Part shown: in pieces, positions 53,326 through 63,085 of the stretch | Numbering within the stretch: position 1 is the first letter of the stretch | Layout of the letters: every line of letters begins with the position of its first letter | Assembly: GCA_951406725.2 (NCBI GenBank) | Contig: OX597821.1 | Location: forward strand, 33,728,001 to 33,792,000 | Reading direction: 5' to 3' | Source: Octopus vulgaris | Taxonomy: Eukaryota | DNA length: 64,000 nucleotides | Translations under genes and position numbers: made by a program | Notes under the pieces: model-generated | What the model was told of the DNA's origin: nothing | Databases searched by the model: none | Seen by the model: the letters and a program-made list of their open reading frames with translations, nothing else

Positions 53326-54351
53326 ATAATAATAATAATAATAATAATCCTTTCTACTATAGGCACAAGAACTGAAATTTTGGGGAGGGGACTAGTCGGT
53401 TATATTGACCCCAGTGTTTCACTGGTACCTAATTTATCAACCCCCGAAAGGATGAAAGGCAAAATTAACTTCAGCAGAATTTGAACTCAGAATGCAGCAA
53501 CAGGTGGAATACCTATTTCTTTACTGCCCACAAGGGGCTAAACACAGAGAGGACAAAAAAGGGCAGACAAACGGATTAAGTCGATTACATCGAGCCCAGA
53601 GCGTAACTGGTACTTAATTTATCGACCCCGAAAGGATGAAAGGCAAAGTCGGCCTCGGCGGAATTTGAACTCAGAAGTAATGGCAGACGAAATACGGCTA
53701 CATATTTCGCCCAGCGTGCTAACGTTTCTGCCACCACTAAGCATTTCATCCAGTGTGCTAACAGTTCTGCCAGCTTGCCGCCTTCATAACAACAACAACA
53801 ATAATAATAATAATCCTTTCTACCATAGGTACAAGGCCTGAAACTTTGGGGGAGGGGGCTAGTTGATTACTTCGATCCAGGGGATGAACTGGTACTTATT
53901 TTATCAGCCCCTAAAGGATGAACGGCAAAGTCAATTTCAGCAGAATTTGAACTTTGGGGGAAAAAAGACAGACAAAATGCTTAGCAGACAAAGTGCTGCT
54001 AAGCATTTTGTCTGGCATGCTAATGATTCTGCCAGCTGACTGCCTTATTAATAATAATAATCCTTTCTACTGGAGGCACAAGGCCCTAAATTTGGGAGGT
54101 GGGAAGGGGACTAGTTGATTACATTGCCCCCCAGTGTTTCACTGGTACTTAATTTATCGATCCCAAAAGGATGAAAGGTAAAGTTGACCTCGGTGGAATT
54201 TGAACTCAGAACATAGCAGCAGATGAAATACCATTGCACCCAGTGTGCTAACGATTCTGCCAGCTTGCTGCCTTCTTGATAATGATGATAATAATAATAA
54301 TAATAATAATGCATTGATGGCATGCACTGCTCTCACTCAATAATGATGATG

Positions 54352-54393
<42 letters not shown>

Positions 54394-54782
54394 TTTTTTT
54401 ATTTCTTTATTACCCACAGGGGACTAAACATAGAGAGGACAAACAAGGGGATTAAGTCGATTATATCGACCCCTGTGCGTAACTGGTACTTATTTAATTA
54501 ACCCTGAAAGGATGAAAGGCAAAGTCGACCTCGGCGGAATTTGAACTCAGAATGTAACGGCAGATGAAATACAGCTAGGCATTTCGTCTGGCGTGCTAAC
54601 GATTCTGCCAGCTCAATAATAATAATAATAATAATGGTTTCAAATTTTTGCACATGGTCAGCAAGTTTAGTGAAATTTGTAAGTTGATTACATCGATCCC
54701 ACTGCTCCGTTGATACTTATTTTTTGACCCTGAAAGGATGAAAGGCAAAGTTGACCTCAGTGCAATTTGAACTCGGAACATA
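53326..54782 (-). mobile_element. Head-to-tail array of ~6 family B SINEs separated by (AAT)n
   Basis: Same unit and polarity as 2708-3700; includes a nested young copy at 53514-53733. Confidence 0.85.
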
Positions 54783-54796
54783 AAGTGATACTAATA

Positions 54797-54833
<37 letters not shown>

Positions 54834-54858
54834 TGATGATGATGATGATGATAATATT

Positions 54859-55682
54859 AGTCAAGATGAAGAGCACGATTCGATTGTATGATATTTTATT
54901 AATTGAAAAATATTTCAACAGTACGTCTGTCTTTGTCAAGTTCGAAATGAACAAGAGAGGTAAGCCCTGTTCATTGTGCAACAACATGAGTGAAGTGAAT
55001 TATATCAGAAATCATAACAGAAATGTTATGATTTATATAGAAGGTGGAACATTTAAAGATTCCCATGTACGCTGCAGAATGCACGAAACACAACTTAATT
55101 TATGTTGGTTGTACAACAGAACAATTAAACAAAAGGTTTAATGGGCACAGATTCAACGTCAGGCACAATAACAGTAGTTCGACAGAACTTGCTGAACATT
55201 TCGTTTCAAGCAGCTGCAATTTTGAAGAAGACTTGAAAGTACATATTCTCAGAAAATATTCTGAATCTGCTTCACTTTCACTTCTCAGAATGTATGAGGA
55301 GAAATATGTTTGCTGGTTATTAACATCATGCCCTGGAGGAATGAATAAGATGGCAGGAGAATATCATCAAATTTATACAAAACTGTTTGATTAAATATCC
55401 TTTTTTCTATCTTTTACTTTCCTTTTTTTTCTGTCGTCTTCTTTTTACTGTTTTTTTGTCTTTTTCTTTTTGTCTGTTATAAAATTGTAACTTAAAAACT
55501 GATGATGTCATTCCGTCAACATGTGGACGCTGGTTGCTCTCGTTCATACTTTACGTTTAAATTTCTGTAATTTTGAATTTTTACCACTTCTTATTTTGAA
55601 CTTGAGAAAGACAGACGTACTAATGAAATATTGTTCAGCTAATAAAATATCTTATAATCAAATCGTGCTCTTCGTCTTGACT
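54859..55682 (+). mobile_element. Penelope-like element fragment: frameshifted GIY-YIG endonuclease flanked by ~95-bp inverted repeats
   Basis: Joining two frames gives 'KPCSLC...GGTFKDSHV / YAAECTKHNLIYVGCTTEQLNKRFNGHR...ELAEHF...YEEKY...PGGMN'. Arms 54859-54955 and ~55587-55682 are diverged reverse complements. CTGATGA at 55499-55505 in the 3' region. Confidence 0.8.
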
Positions 55683-56020
55683 GTTTACCTTTGTGAAGAG
55701 TTATGTCAATCCTTTTAAAATAACAATAATAATAATAATAATAATCAATTCTTTTTTATTGGCCACAAGGGCTGACACGCATGATTACATAAAGGGACAA
55801 GACAGGACGAAAGGTTACAAAGGGTTTTGCCGTTTTTAAAAACATCGAGTAAAAATCTTTATAACAACTTATAAAATTCAACAATGAAAAACTCCCAAAA
55901 GGGGGAGACGTCTCGAAAGGTTCCTGGTGGAAAAAACCCTACAAAAGCCAACGGGAGCCTGGTCTAAAAAGGGGGTGTAGAGAGTCCCCTTTCTTCTCCT
56001 TTTGTATTACCTTTTTGAAA

Positions 56021-58357
56021 TCACAGGCGAAACCTGAGAACTGGTCCATTTATACAGGCCAGTCTCGCACAATTCACCCACCTGTCATAAAACTTGCTAT
56101 CGGACAGCACTTTCCTCTCTAACCTCATCTTCCTTTTCAAGTGAAACTTGAAAAAGTTGATGAGGCCTTGACCAAAGAGGAAAGTGTCTGTCTTTAGCCC
56201 TTTCAAACGAGTCCACCACACCACCTCTTTCGCCACAGCCACTAGGCACAAGAAAACGGCCTCGCCCTCCTTGTTAAAGGAGGTCGGCGGGGCAATCTTC
56301 ACTATGGATTCGGCCGATAGTCGGATCCGTCCTACACGTGACAGTAGCTGTTCGACATAAACCCATATTTCAGCAATACTCGGGCACTGGACGAGTGCAT
56401 GCAGAACGGTTTCGTCGTCCTGGCAACACCTCGGGCAGGCCCGGCTGACGGCACTTCCGTGCCGGTAGAGTTTATCCCGAACAGGCAGAGCCCCTCGGTA
56501 GCACTGCCAAGCGAGAGACCTCTGGAAATTATCCATCGGCCCCGGCCCGAAAGTCCTCCCGAACAGACCGCTCAGTTCGTCGTCTTCAACGCCTAGAGTT
56601 TCCCCGAGAACGTCGTCGCATTTTTCCTCCACTAACCCTCTATAGAACGCTAGAGTGGAGCTGTAACCGATCGCATTGCCCGCCTGGCGGAGGGCGGAGA
56701 GAGCTTGACGGCACTCGAGGTGCCAAGCGCCCTTTCTCGGTCTACGTTTGATCCAGGTCTGCAGCTCCGTCAAAGAGACGAGCTGCGGAAAATCGCGTCT
56801 GACAAAAGACGACCACACCTGTTCACCGTCTAGGAAGCGCTTGAGATGCCGCAGCCTGAGCGCATGTCTGCGCAACAGCAACCACGGCATTCCAAGGCCT
56901 CCGTTCAGCGGTCGTTGACAGCAGATGGATTGCCTGACCAGTGGCACCTGACCCTTCCACAAAAAGTCGAAGAGCAGACGTACCAGCTTGGCCAACCAGC
57001 GGTCGGGACAAGGGACAACGGTCAAGCGGTAATAGATGACGGATGCGATGTACGCATTCGCCACCTCCGCTCGACCTTTCAGGGACAGCTTCCTCTCGGC
57101 CCATTTCTGGGTGAGACGTGCCACCCTGCTCGTCACCTCTTCCCAGTTCTTATCCACCTGGAGGTCCGGACCGAACCAGACCCCGAGCAGTTTAACGGGT
57201 CCGTCTGTCCAGCGCCCTACGACGCTGTTGGACGGCATGGGCTTGCCTCTCCAGGTGCCCAGTTGCAAGCCCACAGACTTTTCCGCGTTAATCTTTGCTC
57301 CTGTCACCGCTTCGTACTGGTTTAGCGTCTCGCCAATCAGGCCAATGTGCCTGTGGCTCGACACCACCACGGTGACGTCGTCGGCATAGGCAGACACGCT
57401 GTTTCCGCCTCCTAGATCGCGCGGGATACCCCTCAAAGCCTCCAACTTGCGCAGTAATGGCTCGAGAGTCAAAATGTACAAGAGGGAGGAGAGAGGGCAT
57501 CCTTGGCGGACCGAACGCGAGATGTCGAACGGTTCCGAAAGGTGACCGTTCACCCGTATCACCGAGCAGATGTTGCTGTATAAAGCAGCGATCCACCCGC
57601 GGAAGACTGGACCGAAGCCGGCTGCCCTGAGGACAGCTGCCAGGTACCGATGGTCGACTCTATCGAAGGCTTTACTCTGATCCAAGTTGATCAAAACCCC
57701 ACCCGCGCCAGCGTCGTTACCCACCCTCTCTATGATGTAGCGCATGAGATGGAGGTTGTCGTGTATCGACCTGGTCGGCACGGCGCATGTCTGCGTCTTG
57801 CCGACCAGCTTGTCCACGACAAGCGCCAATCTCTTGGCTAGCACCTTGGCCAAAATCTTCAACTCTGCATTGAGCAGAGTGATGGGCCGGAAATTCCCTA
57901 TAACGTCCCCCTTGTTTGGGTCCTTCTTTAGCAAAGCCACCACCCCTCGACAGACAAAAGCAGGAATTCTCCCGTTTTGCTGCCAGTTGCAGTAGACGTT
58001 TGCCAACAGGTCCGCAAACAAGTCTGGCATTGAAAAGTAAAGCTCGTAGGGCAGACCATCCAAACCCGGCGATCTACCTCTCGTGCAACTCTTCATCGCT
58101 TCCTGTACTTCCCAGGCAGATATCGGTCCTTCGCAGCACTCTGCCTCGCTGTCCGAGAGTTGCGGCAGTCCGTCCAGGTACACACCGAAGTCTGTACCGT
58201 TGGTGTCCGTTCCACCGCTCGTCCCAAACAGTTGAGCAAAGTGCCGCTGAAGCACCGTACACATCTGCTTCGGTTGGGTAACCCGCGCCCGTTCTGGTCC
58301 ACCAAAGACCGAATGGTTGCTCTGTTGCCTCGCTTCGCCTCCGCCACGCGGGCCCAT
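56021..58357 (-). CDS. LINE ORF2 C-terminal half: reverse transcriptase and C-terminal zinc finger (homology begins ~58285)
   Basis: Motifs RSPGLDGLPYE, FRPITLLNAELKILAK, LINLDQSKAFDRVDH, VRQGCPLS, AYADD, KLLGV, GGLG, and CPRC..DETVLHALVQC. Confidence 0.95.
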   Translation of the reverse strand: MGPRGGGEARQQSNHSVFGGPERARVTQPKQMCTVLQRHFAQLFGTSGGTDTNGTDFGVYLDGLPQLSDSEAECCEGPISAWEVQEAMKSCTRGRSPGLDGLPYELYFSMPDLFADLLANVYCNWQQNGRIPAFVCRGVVALLKKDPNKGDVIGNFRPITLLNAELKILAKVLAKRLALVVDKLVGKTQTCAVPTRSIHDNLHLMRYIIERVGNDAGAGGVLINLDQSKAFDRVDHRYLAAVLRAAGFGPVFRGWIAALYSNICSVIRVNGHLSEPFDISRSVRQGCPLSSLLYILTLEPLLRKLEALRGIPRDLGGGNSVSAYADDVTVVVSSHRHIGLIGETLNQYEAVTGAKINAEKSVGLQLGTWRGKPMPSNSVVGRWTDGPVKLLGVWFGPDLQVDKNWEEVTSRVARLTQKWAERKLSLKGRAEVANAYIASVIYYRLTVVPCPDRWLAKLVRLLFDFLWKGQVPLVRQSICCQRPLNGGLGMPWLLLRRHALRLRHLKRFLDGEQVWSSFVRRDFPQLVSLTELQTWIKRRPRKGAWHLECRQALSALRQAGNAIGYSSTLAFYRGLVEEKCDDVLGETLGVEDDELSGLFGRTFGPGPMDNFQRSLAWQCYRGALPVRDKLYRHGSAVSRACPRCCQDDETVLHALVQCPSIAEIWVYVEQLLSRVGRIRLSAESIVKIAPPTSFNKEGEAVFLCLVAVAKEVVWWTRLKGLKTDTFLFGQGLINFFKFHLKRKMRLERKVLSDSKFYDRWVNCARLACINGPVLRFRL

Positions 58358-59454
58358 CGAGCGGCTCTAGTCCCCTCCCCGCTTAGCGAGCGTGCCTTAG
58401 CTCTGACAACGCAGCCCTCGTGTTTGGCGTCGAAGTGTTGGTCGAGGGCCAACCTTGCCGCCAACACGTCGGTCGCGATGCCAGTGTCAAGAGCCTCGTC
58501 TAGTTTCTTAACTAAATCCCGCTCTCTCTTCCTACGTTCAATAGCTAGAGTCTTACTATACCTAATCGACTCTACTCTAATTGCTCTCTTGAGGGCAAAC
58601 CACCAGTTGTTGTTGATGATTGCCCCCGTGAGCGCCCGCTTAACTAGTAAACTAATCCGGTCTCTGTAAGCTTTGCACGCCGTTAACGACGCGTTCAGCT
58701 TCCAGTAGCCGGGTCCCTGTCTATGTAGCCTATCTAAGTCGACCGTACAGATCACTAATTTGTGGTCCGTATATTCGACTAGGTGGAATTGTGGACACCC
58801 TACGCTGTCCTTATCCGCTGGCCTACAAAACACTCTATCTAAGTACGATCTAGACGACCCGATGCGGTTTGTCCAAGTCCACATTGGCACATTCGGGTTG
58901 TCTAGTCGAAACCTGTCGGACAGCTGAAAGCGGCCGAGTAGGTTGGCGAGGCTCTTGCACCCTCCCCCTCTCCTATCAGACGCTCCCCTGCCCACCCGAT
59001 CGAAACGTTCGTCTAAGACAGCGTTCCAATCCCCAACTAGCACTAGAGTGCGTGACGTTCCCAGGAAAACTTCCAGACGTTTGAAATAATCCGACTGCCC
59101 TGCTCCTGTCGGAGCGTAGGCAGCCAGCAGTCTGAAAGCACCGCCGTCACTACCGTCGACGTCGAGGACCACCAACTTACCTTCCGGATCCAAGAAGACT
59201 GTCCTTATTTTCAGGTCCAGGCCCTTCCGAAACAACACCGCAGTACCACCACCGCCCGCTCCCGGCCGACACGGAGATAGAAATATCTCGTATCCGCCGA
59301 AAAGGGCTGCGAGTTCCTGCGGGTCGGAGAGCCTGGTTTCACTGATGGCTGCTACATCCACATCATGAAACCTCAGGTCGTTTAACAGGTGACCCTGTTT
59401 CCAAGGTGACCCGAGGCCTCTCACATTCAAGCAACCGATTCTAAGATTTGCCAT
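58093..59454 (-). CDS. LINE ORF2 N-terminal half: apurinic-like (APE) endonuclease plus linker; homology ends at ~58285 (frameshift)
   Basis: Motifs LNVRGL, ISETR, YAPT, LVGDWNAV, SYLDRVF, TDHKLV, and GPGYWKLNASL (typical of L1/Tx1). Confidence 0.92.
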   Translation of the reverse strand: MANLRIGCLNVRGLGSPWKQGHLLNDLRFHDVDVAAISETRLSDPQELAALFGGYEIFLSPCRPGAGGGGTAVLFRKGLDLKIRTVFLDPEGKLVVLDVDGSDGGAFRLLAAYAPTGAGQSDYFKRLEVFLGTSRTLVLVGDWNAVLDERFDRVGRGASDRRGGGCKSLANLLGRFQLSDRFRLDNPNVPMWTWTNRIGSSRSYLDRVFCRPADKDSVGCPQFHLVEYTDHKLVICTVDLDRLHRQGPGYWKLNASLTACKAYRDRISLLVKRALTGAIINNNWWFALKRAIRVESIRYSKTLAIERRKRERDLVKKLDEALDTGIATDVLAARLALDQHFDAKHEGCVVRAKARSLSGEGTRAARWARVAEAKRGNRATIRSLVDQNGRGLPNRSRCVRCFSGTLLNCLGRAVERTPTVQTSVCTWTDCRNSRTARQSAAKDRYLPGKYRKR

Positions 59455-59494
59455 GTTTCAAAAGTTAGGGGAAAAAAAAAGGAGAAAAAAGGCT

Positions 59495-61000
59495 CTACTT
59501 ACTGTTGTTGGTGGTGGGGGTGGCTCCCTTGTGCTTTTGCACGGGTGCTTCCACAATGTTTTTGTAAAGTTTCTTCGAGAAACTTTTCCCTAGCGATCCC
59601 ACATCGTTAGGGAATATTTGTTTGATTTCATCATATGTTTTTGCATTTATTTTTATTGTGAGAATGTGTGCTGGTGGTGTGTTTTGTGTTGGTATGATGA
59701 AATCGGTTATATTTGTACTAGTTTTGTTTTTTAAGTACTCCACTAGTTTTTGGTTCTTTGTGTTTATTGATGTAATTGTGTCTGTGTGTGTTTGTGTGTG
59801 TGGCAGTGGCAGTAGTGGTGTCGAAAGTGTTGTTGTTGTTTGTTGTTGTGAGTGTGTGTTGTTGTTGTTGTTGTTGTTGATGTTGGGAAGCACTATTTGT
59901 TCGTGCTTCCCCTGTAAATCTTTTTGTTTCTTCCTCCTTTTCTTCTTTGGAGGCACTATACTCCATTCTCCTTTGTTGGAATCAGAGCTCGCACAATCCG
60001 ACTCTTCATCCGGCAAAGGAATGGTTGAGGGGTCTGCTTCAGTAGCAGGACGAAAAGTTTCTGGTTCCACCGGTATCGGTGGTGCCGCTGCTCCTGTTAC
60101 TGTTGATGTCGCTGCTGTCGACCTTCGAGGTACTGGTGTCGGTGTTGGTTTGGTGGTGGTTGTCGGTGTTGGTTTGGTGGTGGTTGTTGTTGTTGGAGGT
60201 GGTGTTGTTCGTCTTGGTGCTGGTGTTGGTGATGGTGTTGGTGGTGTGGCAGCCTTTGGTTTTTCTTGCTGTTTTTGTTGTTTCTGTTGTTGTTGCTTGT
60301 GTTGTTGTTGTTGTTGTTGTTGTTGTTGCTGCTGCCTCTTGCTATACTCCTCCATTCTCTTTTTTTGAATGGGGCAGTCCCTTTTTAGGTGGCTTTCGCT
60401 ACTGCAGAGGAAACATTTTGGCTTTCGCCCCTCTACAATAACATTTAGCCTGGTCCCATCCAGCAAGATGACAAAGTCAGGTATGGCATTGATGTTTTCC
60501 TGCTGGATCTGTACCAGCAGTTGAATACCCATGCCTGACCAGTTCTTTTCTCGTACCCTCCGAACATTCAGAATAGTGGCAGTGTCCTCTATGCCATAGA
60601 GGACAGCCGCCACTAGCCATGAGATTTTCTGTTCGGGGGGTATTGTGCTTATAGTTATTTTTTGTACCTTACGCCCGAGGTACGTCGGGACGAAGAACAA
60701 ATGTTCATTTTGCAAGGGCGAAATGGCGTTCGCCCTTGCAAGCTCCTCTGTTGGGAAGCGAACCTCCACGGTTCCAAATCGCTTCCCTCTTGTCACATAG
60801 CTCTTCTGGCCCCAAATGGGCTTCAGAGCCATCTCCAACTGTTGTGGTGTGGCGTTAAACAATCTTTTAGTTTTCTTTTCGAAGACTTTATAAAAGATTG
60901 TTCTTTTGCTTGTCTCTTGTGTGAGTTGTTGAGGTGTGTTGAGGAAAACACTGTTCCCCTCCTTTCTCAACAAATCTTGTGCCATTTTTATGTCCTCCAT
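59495..61000 (-). CDS. LINE ORF1p (RNA-binding/chaperone) with CX2CX4HX4C zinc knuckle; true start may be upstream at 61360
   Basis: CFLCSSESHLKRDC knuckle, RRM-like 'RFGTVEVRF', NLS-like PPKKKRRKK, polyQ, Pro/Thr-rich and polyN low-complexity tail; directly upstream of the APE ORF. Confidence 0.85.
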   Translation of the reverse strand: MEDIKMAQDLLRKEGNSVFLNTPQQLTQETSKRTIFYKVFEKKTKRLFNATPQQLEMALKPIWGQKSYVTRGKRFGTVEVRFPTEELARANAISPLQNEHLFFVPTYLGRKVQKITISTIPPEQKISWLVAAVLYGIEDTATILNVRRVREKNWSGMGIQLLVQIQQENINAIPDFVILLDGTRLNVIVEGRKPKCFLCSSESHLKRDCPIQKKRMEEYSKRQQQQQQQQQQQHKQQQQKQQKQQEKPKAATPPTPSPTPAPRRTTPPPTTTTTTKPTPTTTTKPTPTPVPRRSTAATSTVTGAAAPPIPVEPETFRPATEADPSTIPLPDEESDCASSDSNKGEWSIVPPKKKRRKKQKDLQGKHEQIVLPNINNNNNNNTHSQQQTTTTLSTPLLPLPHTQTHTDTITSINTKNQKLVEYLKNKTSTNITDFIIPTQNTPPAHILTIKINAKTYDEIKQIFPNDVGSLGKSFSKKLYKNIVEAPVQKHKGATPTTNNSK

Positions 61001-61612
61001 TGTAATTTCTACATCTTCCGAAATTTGCTTCGCAGCAGAAGCAAAATCGTTAGAAGCTTTTACAGTTTTTTGTTGGTTCTTGTCTGTGTTTGTGTCTGTT
61101 ATAATTTTCTTTACCTCCCCCTTCGGTACAGCATCACTTGTTGAAGGCAGAGGGGGAAATCAAGAGTGACGTCGAACGCGACGTCCTGGCATGCATTCTC
61201 CTTTTGAACCGAGCGCGTGCTCTCCGGTTCGGAAGGAGGAGCTTTGTTGCCTTTTACGGCCTGAAATGGGTTGTACGTAACCCGTGACGTTATTTTTTTT
61301 TGTTCTTGTAGGGGGTGTTGCAAGAAGGAGGGAAGAGCCAGCAGCTCGTTTCAGTGCCATTTTGTAATGTGTGTGTGCAAAAAATGTCAATTTCAAAAGG
61401 ATAGACAGTAATTTCACCCCGAATGGGGCAAAATTTCGCCCAACCGACGAGCTCCGCAAGAAGCCGGTCGGTTTGGCTACAAAAATATTTAAAAATATTC
61501 AAACTTATCAAATGAATTCCAATGAAATTGGTGTCAAATTCACGGAGCTGATTCACGTACGTCCATCGGCGTCGGAAAGAATAATAATAATAATAATAAT
61601 AATAATTACAAT

Positions 61613-62313
61613 AATCTTTTCTAATCTAGGCACAAGGCCCAAAATTTTTTTGGGAGGAATTAAGTTGACTAGATCAACCCCAGTGCGCAACTAGTACTTA
61701 ATTTATTTATCCCAAAAGGATGAAAGGTAAAGTCGACCTCGGCAGAATTTGAATAATTATAATAATCCTTCCTACTATAGGCACAAGGCCTTGAATTTGG
61801 AGGGAGAGGTCAGTCAATTATATCGACCCCTGTATGCAACTGGTACTTAATTTATTGACCCTGAAAGGATGAAAGGCAAAGTTGACCTCAGCAGAATTTG
61901 AATAATAATAATAATCCTTCCTACTATAGGCACAAGGCCTTGAATTTGGGGGAAGAGGCCAGTCAATTAGATCGACCCCTATATGCAACTGGTACTTAAT
62001 TTATTGACCCCGAAAGGATGAAAGGTAAAGTTGACCTCAGATTAATTTGAACTTGGAACATAAAGACAGATGAAATGCTGCAAATACTGATAATAATAAC
62101 GAAGATGATGATAATGTTGATAATAATTATAATAATAATCCTTTGTACTATTGGGACAAGGCCTGAAATTTGCGAGGGTGGGGTAAGTCGATCACATTGA
62201 TTTCAGTGCTCATCTGGGACTTATTGACCCTGAAAGAATGAAAGGCAAAGCTGACCTCAGTGTAATTTGAACCCAGAACGTAAAGACAGATGGAATGCCG
62301 CTAAGTACTTCGC
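61613..62313 (-). mobile_element. Head-to-tail array of 4 family B SINEs adjoining the LINE 5' end
   Basis: Same unit and polarity as the other arrays; (AAT)n spacers. Confidence 0.85.
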
Positions 62314-62314
62314 T

Positions 62315-63085
62315 CAGCAGATGAGGAATGGAGTCAGTGTGTTCCATTGGATGTGCAACATCAGTGCATCAGTGTGCATGTACAACAAAGCACAAATGTA
62401 TTCTAAGAAAAGTTGGACATAAGAAGAAACGAATGCAGCATGCAAGAGAGAAGACTATGTTGGTTTAGACATATGATCATCATCATCGTTTAACGTCCGC
62501 TTTCCATGCTAGCATGGGTTGGACGATTTTGACTGAAGGCTGGCAAACCAGATGGCTGCACCAGGCTCCAGTCCTGATCTGGCAGAGTTTCTACAGCTGG
62601 ATGCCCTTCCTAACGCCAACCACTCCGAGAGTGTAGTGGGTGTTTTTTACGTGCCACCGGCACGGGGGCCAGTCAGGCGGCACTGGCAACGACCTCACTC
62701 GAATCTTTTTACACGTGCCACCAGCACAGATGCCAGTGAAGTAACGTTGGTAACGATCACATTCAAATGGAGCCCTTTTACGTGCCACAGGTACGGAAGC
62801 CAGTTGGCTGCTCTGGCAACGATCACGCTCGGATGGTGCTCTTGGCACCCTACTAGCACAGGCATAAGTGCCAGTAAGGCAATGATGATTCATGATACAT
62901 ATGAATAAAAAACAGCTGTATAAAGAAGTGTTAGTCACTGAAAGTGGATGGTACCTGTGGAAGAGGGAGACCCAGGAAGACATGGAATGAAGTGGTGAGA
63001 ACCGATGTAGGGATGCTGGGGCTTATAAAGGAAATGACAATGAACCAAGGTGTCTGGTGATAGGTTCTAGAAGCACTGGGTGTTC
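62315..63085 (+). mobile_element. Decayed RTE-type LINE 3' portion interrupted by a family A element
   Basis: WMCNIS..EKLDI..MQERRLCWF.H, then after the 62477-62882 insertion VDGTCGRGRPRKTWNEVV..D. Confidence 0.65.

Larger units (their letters stand above)
55746..61579 (-). mobile_element. Near full-length L1-clade (Tx1-like) non-LTR retrotransposon inserted in an (AAT)n microsatellite
   Basis: 5'UTR, ORF1 (CCHC knuckle), 40-nt spacer, ORF2 (APE endonuclease, RT, Cys/His finger), 3'UTR with AATAAA (55755-55760 on -). Both ends abut (AAT)n tracts. Visibly more GC/CpG-rich than the flanks. Confidence 0.93.

Noticed and set aside
58278-58292. Programmed -1 ribosomal frameshift between EN and RT
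   Set aside because: No canonical slippery heptamer, and L1/Tx1 ORF2 is normally continuous; a simple indel is more parsimonious.
59622-60441. Plus-strand ORFs (248 aa and 120 aa) rich in V/C/G
   Set aside because: Antisense shadows of the low-complexity LINE ORF1.
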